Shown: positions 54,019-64,000 of the stretch, piece after piece
Numbering within the stretch: position 1 is the first letter of the stretch
Layout of the letters: every line of letters starts with the position of its first letter
Source of the DNA: Octopus vulgaris
Lineage: Eukaryota
Direction of reading: 5' to 3'
Assembly (NCBI GenBank): GCA_951406725.2
Contig: OX597816.1
Coordinates: 102,114,001 to 102,178,000, forward strand
Length of the DNA: 64,000 nucleotides
Program-made: the position numbers and the translations under genes
The notes under the pieces: generated by a model
What the model saw: the letters and a program-made list of their open reading frames with translations, nothing else
What the model was told of the DNA's origin: nothing
Databases searched by the model: none

Positions 54019-54127
54019 AGATCGCCATATACACACGCGCACACATCCAAGTATGTACGTGTCTACACATTTCAAGTTTAGATTTGCTACGTGTATTATC
54101 GCACGTTTATTATATCTTCAAATTTAA

Positions 54128-54671
54128 GCGCTTGTAATCGCGAACACATGTAAAGACTCGTTTATTTGTTTAAACACCAGTAACGAAAAATATACACACT
54201 AACTTGTTACCAGTAAAATAGAATATATTCACATGATTATATACACCTGAAAACAAGCATATCTTTGTTCTTACGTTTACAAATAATCTTGATACATGGA
54301 AAATATTACTAATATTCTTTGTTTCTTTTTCTTCCGCAAATTGAATACGAGTTTGTCCAAAGAAAAAAGAATAGAACTGGTATTACTAAGTGAACGAGAG
54401 GGATGGTCATATCGACAGACAGCAGATGCTTTCAATGCACACCATCCCAGAAGAACCCTTATTGCCTTTCCCACGGTTAGGAAGTGGTTAACAAATACAA
54501 AGAAATAAGCAGTGATTTGGACAAACCCCGTTCTAGCCGACCAACTGTAGCGGATAAATCGAAAGAGGCTGTCATGACTAAGATAACCAGACTTTTCACG
54601 GTCACACTGTAGTTAGCATAAACATCTGCTTAACTACAACTGTAAAATATCATAGTTTCAATCACGAGCGC
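54128..54671 (+). mobile_element. TIR element with TTAA flanks carrying a transposase HTH fragment
   Basis: TTAA|GCGCTTGTAATCG...CAATCACGAGCGC|TTAA; LSKEKRIELVLLSEREGWSYRQTADAFNAHHP...LDKPRSSRP. Confidence 0.6.
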
Positions 54672-55019
54672 TTAATTGTGTGTTTGTGGAATCTTTTCTG
54701 TTTGGCTGCCACTATTTAATTTCTTCAATTTTGTTCTAATTGATTTCAAATTTGAAGCAATTTTGTATGCTCATGATTGGCATGAATTCATTTTCGCCAA
54801 AAACCAATTAATAGCTTTTAAAGTTTGCAAATTTGGGGCAATTTTAACCAAATTTTTCTGGAACAAGTGAATTAGGTCTGTGATTCAGCATAAAAACTTA
54901 CATCAACACACCAAATTTGAAAATTTTCACTTAATTTTAAAATGAGATTTTTGAAAAAATTAACACCAGTTTCATGCAGGGTTATTCTGTTCTTACTCCA
55001 AAATATATTAACTACTATA

Positions 55020-55700
55020 GGAGAGATGGTGATAGAATGAGAGTTACTGGGAGGATGAGAGGCAATTTTCTACCTTACAGTTAATTCATTAACACCTGCT
55101 TGAAAGGTGAAGAACTTATTCAAAATTTGATGTTTGTGGTACATCAACTCTTTGCACAATTCAGTGTAGAAACTAAGCTCATTATAAACTCCTCTTGTAA
55201 TTTTTACGTTAAGGTTGCATATCTGTAAGTACCAACCCTTTAGCAACATTCTTTGCCATTAATATATGTAGAATTAGCGGAATCTCTATATTCCCATGTA
55301 TGGGACATTAGCAACTCAACTATATCCTCTATGATTTCTTCAAATTCTATATCATATGCCAGTTTCACAATACCTTTCTGAATATGATATAGACTTTCTA
55401 CTTGTAGAAAACTTGTAAAGTCATGGATACAGTCTGACTATATATTTTTCCAAACTGAGAGTTTAACTTCGTTCCATGATTCAACTATGTTAACTACAGC
55501 ATCTATTATGTCAAACTTCTTCCAGAAGTCTTTAACTGTGGGCTTATTCTTCCTGTCAACTGTTTCCATAAGTTGTTTGAAAGTTTTCAGATAAGATACC
55601 TTTGTTGGAGCAAAGAAGTTGTATTCTTGGGGATATATTCTACTCTCACATTATCAGAAACTTCAATTACTCCTCTTTTAGTAATAGGAGCCTTTTCTTT
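55020..55700 (-). mobile_element. pogo/Tigger-like transposase remnant
   Basis: Minus frame TVKDFWKKFDIIDAVVNIVESWNEVK..WKNI..CIHDF resembles the Tigger DDE C-terminal region. Confidence 0.65.
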
Positions 55701-56419
55701 TCCCTTTTTGTCCTGCAAGTTACATAGAAACCTCACTAATGCCAGTGGTATGAAAAAAAAACCCACCTAGTACACTCTGTAAAGTGGTTGCCATTAGGAC
55801 GGGCATCCAACTTTAGAAATCATGCCAAAGCTAACATTGGAGTTTAACACAAACTTGTAGCTCACCAGATCCTGTCAAAGTGTTCAATCCATGCCAACTT
55901 GTAAAGTGGACATCATATGACAATGGTGATGATGACTTTAGAATATGTGTAAATGTGAAATCATGTAACCTGAAGCAACCAAAATGCAGGGGATGCCAGT
56001 GTATCTGTGTGTGTGTGTGTGTGTGTGTGAGTGAGCATCCATGGCAAAGTTGTCAAGAATTTCACAAGAATTTCCAAATGACTGAAACAAGTAAAAGAGT
56101 AAGAGTAATAGCAATCATGAAGTCCAGGGTTTGATCCTACTGAGTGACATCTTGTACATGTATCTTCTATATTCATTGCCTGCTTTGCCAACATATTCTG
56201 TACTGCACACATTTGATAACTTCCAAAACTATCCCCTATCACTCCACTAGGGTCACCACTACACACACATACATGCCAAGTAAGAAACACCAGTCATGCC
56301 AGATGAAAAAGGCCACTTGGCTCTAACAATGTTCTTTCTATTACCATTAAGCAAAGTGGCTCACAGCTAATTCCCATGTTTACCAAATTGTCTCTTTCTT
56401 TGCAGTGGTATATCTATAA

Positions 56420-56720
56420 AAAAAAATGCTACAATGTGTGCCATTTTCAAGAAGGAAACTCCTAGTCCCTACCAACTACCATCCATTCATACTCACTCTC
56501 AACATCTCAAAGGCGATGAAGACAATCATTAACAATTGTCTCTGAATCTCTCTTCTCCTTTAATGACCACAAGTATGACTTTTATAAAGCCAGATCTACT
56601 GGAAATCTACTCTCCCATATCACTCACTAACGGGTTATATTCATGCTCTTAGGAAATTTGTTGCAAACAGTGTTGTTACTTTAAAGCTTTTAACTATGTC
56701 TGGCATGTGAATTAATGTCC
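56420..56720 (+). mobile_element. CR1/Jockey-like RT remnant
   Basis: IFKK..PTNYHPFILTLNISKAMKTIINN..DHKYDFYKARSTGNLL..KAFNYVWH. Confidence 0.65.
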
Positions 56721-57710
56721 CACCTATGGGCTCCATCCATCTCTCATTTCTTGGTTTATCAGCTTGTTGTCATATGGCATGTAATGATGGAGCTCTCTGT
56801 GAAACTGTGGTGTGCTGCACCACATCTGTAGAAATCATCCAAAACCGACAGCAGAGCTTAATGCAGTCTTCTCACTTGCCAGTTTCTATCAGACCCTCCA
56901 ATCCCTGGCAGCATGGAAAATGGACATTAAATGCTGCTGCTGATGACAACAATGTGTGTATGTGTGTGTATTTGATCATCATCATCATCGTTTAACGTCC
57001 GTTCTCCATGCTAGCATGGGTTGGACGGTTCAACCGGGGATCTGGGAAGCCAGAAGGCTGCACCAGGCTCCAGTCTTATCTGGCAATGTTTCTACACATG
57101 TGGTTATGTTCATTTCACAACCAAGAGGTTTCAGGTTCAATTCTACACAGTGATATTTGAACAAGTGTCTTTTACTATAGATCAATCAAAACCCAGTGAA
57201 TGAAATTAGGTCCATGGAAATTGTGTGAAAGCCCTTCATCTCTGTAATTCTGTATCACATTGATTCCACCTGAGTATTATATAAAGAGTACAAGCAGGGT
57301 TAGATTTATGTATGGGCCAATATGGTCATGGCCCAAGGGCTCCCAAGCTTGGAGAGGCCTAAACGTTGGTGAGGGTGAGGGTGTGCCTTTCATTCAGAGA
57401 AGTCTAAAGCTTAGAGTTAAAAATTAACAAATATTTTCACAGTGATCAAATATATAGTTATTATTTTATTAATTCTTTTTTTAATCCAACAGAGTTCTTT
57501 TTAAATTACTGAACTCTTTCAATTTATTGGGTTCTAAAAGTTAGATTTTAAAAACTATTAAATTCAGATGAGTTTCTCTGAATTTACTGGGGCCCTTTTA
57601 AGTTTTAGGGCATCTCTTTATTTTATCTTTTATATTTTACTTGTTTCAGTCATTAGACTGTGGCCATGCTGGGGCACTGCTTTGAAGAATTTTTAGTTGA
57701 ATGAATGGCC

Positions 57711-58253
57711 AGCAAGACTTCCGCCCATCCCTCCAAAACCACCCTTTTTAAAAACTTCGACACAACCCCCCACCTTTTCGGTTATGGAGAATATGAATCT
57801 GCAAAAAAATTGGCAAAAATCGACAATTCTAAATTACCACCCCCACCCACCCCCATTTCCTTCATTTTCAACTTTTTTCAGAATTTTTTTCTCTTAAAAT
57901 ATGCGGAAATATACGGAGATTATGATTTCCAAAAATCATTGTAAATTTTATGTTTTTAAAGAATTTTTTCTTTTCTAAATATGCGGAAAAATACAAACAT
58001 CAGGATTCGAACAAAAATTTCAAAACATTTCTGTACTTACGATTACGGTTTTAGGGCTAGGTTTTAGGGTTAGTGTTGCGGAAAAAAGTTAAAATTGAAA
58101 AAGTTGGGGGAAAGGGGGGTAATTTTTCACAATGCCGATTTTTGGCAATCTTCCAGAACCTCCATATCCGAAAACGGGGATTTTGGCAAAAAAAAATTTT
58201 TTAATAAATAAATTTAGGATAAAATGGAGGTGGGGGTGGGCGGAAGTCTTTCC
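57711..58253. mobile_element. MITE with 8-bp TSD and TTAGGG-like repeats, inserted into SINE B (Merlin-like)
   Basis: Perfect TSD GAATGGCC (57703-57710, 58254-58261); TIR AAGACTTCCGCCCA; removal restores the SINE. Confidence 0.85.
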
Positions 58254-58645
58254 GAATGGCCTCAGGTGGTTACTTTTTTTAAAGTCTAATACTTATTCTA
58301 TCCGTCTCTTTTGCTGAACCGCTAAGTTATGGAGACAAACACACTAACACCGACTGTGAAGCAGTGGCGGGGAACAGTCAACAAACCACACACACATGGA
58401 TTTGGTAGACGAAATCTGAAAGAAGCTCTTTCAGATTACGTCAACCAAATCCACTCACAAGGCTTTGGTCGGCCCAAGACTATAGTAGAAGACACTTGCC
58501 CAAAGTGCTGCGCAATGGGATTGAACCTGAACCATGCGGTTGGGAAACAAACTTCTTATCACACAGCCAAGATGGCAGTCAACAACAATGCATTATCCAA
58601 ACAAATGTACAAGGCAACCACATGTCAGAGACTTTCGAAGTGCTC

Positions 58646-58872
58646 GGCGAGCTGGCAGAAACGTTAGCGCGCCGGGCGAAATGATTAGTGGTATTTCGTC
58701 TGTCGTTACGTTGTGAGTTCAAATTCCGCTGAGGTCGACTTTGCCTTTCATCCTTTCGGGGTCGATAAATTAAGTACCAGTTACACACTGGGTCGATGTA
58801 ATCGACTTAATACCTATGTCTGTCCTTGTTTGTCCCTCTATGTTTAGCCCCTTGTGGGTAATAAAGAAATAG
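58646..58872 (+). mobile_element. SINE family A
   Basis: Near-identical to 47499-47732. Confidence 0.85.
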
Positions 58873-59940
58873 GCACTCATTAAAGTTACGAAATATGCCA
58901 AAAAAGTTTTGGGGGAAAATACAAAATTGATACGAAATTACAAATTTTCTTTGTATTTAGATTATTTACAACGTTATATTTGTTTTTACAATGCCTATTC
59001 CTATAGTTTACATCTAAACAGCTGAAAATTTCAAACACTAGATTGAAGGGACGCCCAAAAGGCCCCGCTTGGTCTAAATTCGGCCTTGAGTGCAAGTCTC
59101 TATAGATTACTTAGTCACTGAGCAGACCGTTCATTTGATCGAACTGGTATACTCATTGCCGAAATCAACAGAGAATCCATTTACATTTAATGTTTTATAT
59201 ATGGGTATGTATATTCGTGTGTGTTTATATCTTTACAGCTGCGACACGAGAACTGATGTAGTTGAATATGTGTATTCATAAACAATGCATTATACACACA
59301 CACAGATATTAGAGTGTAATGTTATGTACTGGTTATATATGGTGGACGGTTACAAAGCACATTATAACAAGGAACGTTTGCGGCGGAGTTTCGGATCAGG
59401 GCGCCCACATAAATTGGATTTTCTCTTTTTTGACGGGAATTTTTTTTCCAATTTTTCCCCCCCCAATCACGGCCCTCGAAGTGATGTGGAGGAAGGGCGT
59501 ATTTTATGAAAAGAAATGTTTTGAAAATTTATGACTTTTTTTTCATCTTCCTCGCCTCAACATTTTTCTCCGGGCCGATTTTGGCCAATTTTTTTGGCAC
59601 TACGCACTTATAATCCATGGGAGAAGACTTTTCGGTTAAGAAAATGAAAAAAAAAATTTTTTTTTAATATATTTTTCAACGAAAAGGTGTGTTATTTAAG
59701 GAAGATTTGACTGTTGCTTCTGGCACATCCCACGACCACCTTCCTCGGTTTTTGTCACTCTGACATGTATCGATGTTTCTCAATATTTTCTTCCCATAAA
59801 CACGCGTATGGTATATATATAATCTATTGAAACCGAAAAAACTTCACAAGCTGTTGTTACTCTGTTTCGCATAACCGATTATAATTACTTTAGCTTTGGT
59901 ATTCGAGTACTATTTTCTTCAACTTGTTTTGATCTCGTAG

Positions 59941-60080
59941 CGTGTATGTGTATGTATGCATGTGTATGTATGTATGTGTATGTATGTATGTGTATGTATG
60001 TATGTATGTATGTATATATATATATATATATGTATGTATATATATATATATGTATGTATGTATATATATATATATATATA

Positions 60081-60112
<32 letters not shown>

Positions 60113-60125
60113 CATCCACACACAC
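59941..60125. repeat. Compound (TATG)n-(TA)n-(TACA)n microsatellite, self-complementary
   Basis: Direct reading. Confidence 0.9.
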
Positions 60126-61024
60126 AATCATGTGTTTCGACACGTCCACCGTCAAGGTAAAAAAATGCTTGTGTCTGTTTGTTTGTGGTGGTAGAGGTAT
60201 TCTGTGATGATCGATTTTTGTGCTTTAATCAGACTTTTGTGACTTCAAATTGTGCTCTAATGTCTTAAATAAGGAAGCAAGATAATAGAGCTCTAGATAC
60301 GTTAAGCCTGAAAAAAAGACTGAGGTGGGGCACACGGCTGGAATGTTTTATATATATATATTTTTTTTATAAATCTGCTTAATCAGAGACAACTTGAATC
60401 AGAACAACAAAGAAGCGTCTAGTTGGTTGGCCGACCTTCTCGAAATAGCAACCAAATTAATCCTCAAATCGTACCCCCCTCCCACCATGTTAATAAAAGA
60501 ACGAGGACACATTAGATCAAGTAGTTCTAGATACAATATACCGGGGGAAAATAAGACAGGGTGGTCAATGTTGGAACACTTTTGATCAGAAGTCTGTTCA
60601 ATCATGGTGATCTGAGGTTAAACAAGAACAACATATGACATACACGCGTCTCACTAAGATTATCCGCGCAGTTCGTAGACAAAATCTTCCTACAGGTGTG
60701 TTTAAAGTCGGTCTGTGTAAGACAGATATCGGGTGAATAGAATAGAAAAAATTTTAATACCTGTTAATATTCGACGAAGTGTGTCACAGCTGATAACATT
60801 AGCGAACAAAGGAAGTCCTAAAAGTTGATTACCAAACACTCACTGGGACTCTTGTTAGAGTGTGAGATTTGACACTTCCCAAACAGACAACTGATGAGCT
60901 GTGGCAATCCCTTGTTCTCTCTTTTCCGCCTGTCTCATTCAATCATGACGATTTTACTTGTGAAAACTTCTCCAATAAACATGCTTACCTAAATTGTGAT
61001 TACATCAAGGTGAGTAAACAAGTC

Positions 61025-62070
61025 TTCTTTTTTCTCTTTTAGTTTTTCCTCCTCCGCACTTATTCTCTTGTCACGTCTCTCCCCTCTCTACTTTTCGTTG
61101 TATTATCCTCTCTCTATTACCTTCTCTCTAGGTCATTCACGTTATGCTTTTTTTTATTTTTTCGTTCAGTAAAAATTTCATCTCCTGTCAGGAGTTTAAG
61201 TGACCAATCCGGCTTCTCTCACTCGGTCTTTTTCACTCTCCCTTTCTACCTACATTCCTCCCTTACTCATCCTCTCCGTTTCTCTTTTCACTCTTTTAAC
61301 TTCATTCTAATATCTTTTTCTTAGTTACCTTTTCTCTCTTCTCCATTCACTCCCCCCTACTTTGCTCACTTACCTTCACTCACTTCTTTTTACTTTCCCT
61401 CTCACCCTTCCTCATATTTTTTATTTGTTAACTTCTCTCTCGCTCTTTCTCTTCCCCCTCACTTCTCCTACCTCTACTTCATCTATTATATTATTTCTTT
61501 CTCTTTCTCTCACGTTTTCTTTCTTTTGTTACATTTTCTTTCCCTCTCGTTTCTAGCTCACTTCCTTATTTTTCTCTAGTCTTTCGCACATACTCCACTT
61601 TTCTTCCCTTCTGTCCTTCTACGTCTCTTTCATTCGTTTCTATTTTCTCACACCCATTACGTGTTTTTCTCCTCTTTTGTATTTTCTTCTTTCTCTTTTC
61701 GATCCTTCTCTTTAATTCATTGCGCTTTATTTTGCCTCTCTTCCTTTGCACTACCCCTCTTATTGCTTTTTCGCTTACTCTTTTTTCGTGTTTCAGTAAA
61801 GTGGTTTTCGCTTTCTCTTACACTTTTTTTGTCTTGTGTTATTTCTTATAACTTCTTTCTCTACTACCGTTTCTTTTGTAATCTAATTACATTGACCAAT
61901 ACCCGCAGTATAGTGGTTATCCAGCTTCTATCCAACCAGTTCGCCCTGTTTCTTTCCCAGTTTCGCTATCAACATGTGCCCGCTCTCTTTCTTGGTCACT
62001 CTTTCACCCAGTGTCTTTTTCTCTCTCTCTTTCCTCTACACATACATACATCCCTCTTTTTTTAACTCAG
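61025..62070. repeat. ~1-kb polypyrimidine low-complexity tract
   Basis: Strong C/T bias on +. Confidence 0.85.
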
Positions 62071-62809
62071 CCTCTACCTGCCTGTCGCTCCCTGGGAGTT
62101 TAATTATTTCTATTTATGAATTGATCGGATGAGGAAAGAATAGTGACCAGACCTTCGTTGATCCTCCGAGGCTGGTGATACTAATGTAGTCAGCTGTCCA
62201 ACTTGATCTTTTGCAAAAAGAAAATGGAGTTGTAACTCTCGAGCATAACAAATGCTTGTTCAAAGCGATTTAGTACGAGGCCTAAAGATTAAAAGACAGG
62301 ATTGTCGAGAGCAGAGATGGGTAGATCGAGTGTGTCTACTTCGAGATGGTGTGCATCTTGTTTTGAATAACGAAGAAACCAATACAAGAGACAAGAAAAA
62401 CAACTCCGTGAGCCAGTAGCCGTTATATGTTAATAGGGTAAAATCGCTTACAAAACGTTAGCTAAGGGAATTAATTCAACCGGTCTTGTGGCATGAGTTT
62501 AGATAATTCAGGTAAAAAAAACGTGTACAGAAACGCTTGGTGATTTGAAATTTGCCTTTTAGTGGAGAAGGATAAGACAAACTTTGCTGTTAATTGTTAG
62601 CAACACATAAAGGGAAGAGCAAATAATTTCAAGAAATATTTATTAATAAACAGCTGCGCCGTCTTGAGTCTAGGAATCCTGCTAGGCATGTCAGTTCTAC
62701 AATACACCTCAGTCATACTTGAACATTAATGTGACTCAGCAACTTATTAAAGATGAAGTATATTCTAACCTTGAAAGGGAATCTTAATGTTTGGGATCCA
62801 GATTATGGC

Positions 62810-63470
62810 AGTGAACAGATTGAGTCGTTAACGCACTAGACAAAATGCTTAGCAGCATTTCTTGCGATTCTTTAGGCGCTGAGTTCAAATGCCGCCGAGG
62901 TCGACTTTGCCTTTTGTCTTTTGGGAGTCAATAAAATAAAAACCAGATGAGCACTGGTAGTTCAATGTAATCGATTTCCTTCTCCACTCAAAATTGCTAG
63001 CGTTGTGCCTATTTTGGAAAAAAAAAAAGGTGGCGAGCTGGCAGAATCGAAGCGCAGCGGACAAAATGATTAGCGGCATTTCTTCCAGTTCTTTATGTTC
63101 TGAGTTCAAATTCCGTAGAAGTTGGCTTTGCCTTTCATCCTTTCAGGGTCGATGAAATAAGTATCAGTTAAGCCTTAATGTCGATGTAATCACCTTCCCT
63201 CTCCCCATAAAAACTGCTAGATTTGTGCCAAAAATTAGAAAGCGTTATTAGAGCCTTCGAGCTGGCAGAATTGCAAGCGCGTCGAACAAAATTCTAAGCG
63301 ACATTTCTTCCGGCTTTTCACATTTTGAGTTCAAATTCCGCCAAGATCGACTTTGCCTTTCATCGTTTTGGTATCGATGAAATATGTACCAGCCAAGGAC
63401 TGGGGTCGATATTATCGACTTGCCCCACTCTCCTCAAAATAGTTGGCCTTGGGCCAAAATTAGAAAGAAT
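62810..63470 (+). mobile_element. Three tandem SINE family A-related copies
   Basis: Repeated GAGTTCAAAT.CCG...GACTTTGCCTTT...GTCGAT units at ~62810, 63028 and 63255. Confidence 0.75.
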
Positions 63471-63862
63471 TATTATTGTTGATGATGATATTGTCTAGTC
63501 TTGGCTTAGCAATGACTGGGCAGATCTGTGATGAAAGATGCTTCGGCCGTGACTTACAATGAATGAGGATGTTGAAAGGAGTTACCTTTGGATATGTTAG
63601 TTATTAGACCTGTATAGTTCTTTTCGGTGTGAGTCATAAGTGCTATGGTTGTTAAGTGTTTGAGACAAGGTTCTGAATGGACACGTAGACAGAGTTAAAC
63701 AGTTACGGGTTACTTGACAGGGTAGAGGCTGTATAGTGTATGTTTGCGGTTGTAGTATTTGAGCTGGGGAAACTAATATTTTGTCCAGATCTCAGACACA
63801 TAAATATCATAAGCCTTTTCAAGGCTTATGATATTTATGTGTCAATGGGAAATTATTAATTA

Positions 63863-64000
63863 CTAGCGGGACCCGGGAATATTCCATGGAATTAATGGTA
63901 AACTTATTGGGTTATTTCTGAAAACTTTATCCAAAAAACCTGAAAGGGTAGTCTGTATCAAAAGATAATCGTTCATCTGCTTATCATTAAAAAGTGAAGG
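63863..64000 (-). mobile_element. Helitron 3' terminus (runs off window)
   Basis: Minus strand CCATGGAATATTCCCGGG hairpin, then TCCCG-CTAG|T. Confidence 0.55.

Larger units (their letters stand above)
57295..59088. mobile_element. hAT-like MITE expanded by nested insertions
   Basis: TIRs CAGGGTTAGATTTA / CAAGGCCGAATTTA; 8-bp TSD AGTACAAG (57287) / AGTGCAAG (59089). Confidence 0.65.

Noticed and set aside
59885-60207. Six overlapping Y/I/H/M/C-rich ORFs
   Set aside because: Microsatellite translations
60125-60240. Possible minus-strand hammerhead (CTGATTA...GTGTC GAAAC)
   Set aside because: Core G8 is mutated and there is no convincing stem I or cleavage triplet
61362-62065. Hydrophobic F/L/S-rich ORFs
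   Set aside because: Artefact of the polypyrimidine tract

Overview
AT-rich, repeat-dense metazoan genomic DNA. The SINE and microsatellite repertoire resembles octopus/coleoid cephalopod sequence; this is recalled, not verified. Two spliced genes were reconstructed by hand, with GT-AG junctions and consistent phases. (1) On +, the 3' 14 coding exons (156-15552; 628 aa, N-terminus upstream of the window) of an M16C/insulinase-family, C05D11.1-like protein. (2) On -, a convergent gene with three coding exons (42242-34930, ~389 aa) for an ankyrin-repeat + SOCS-box (ASB-like) protein. The rest is mobile-element debris: tRNA-derived and RTE-tailed SINEs, CR1, RTE, R4/Dong, Penelope and Gypsy remnants, mariner/Tc1/pogo remnants, piggyBac-, hAT- and Merlin-like MITEs, and Helitrons. 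The most notable observations are minimal type-I hammerhead-ribozyme motifs (one next to a Penelope remnant inside the ASB intron), a 406-bp foldback palindrome inside a Helitron, two unrelated GG-ended 8-bp-TSD MITEs carrying TTAGGG-like repeats, multi-level nested insertions with TSDs, and inverted SINE pairs that could form ADAR substrates. No clearly new protein-coding system is evident.
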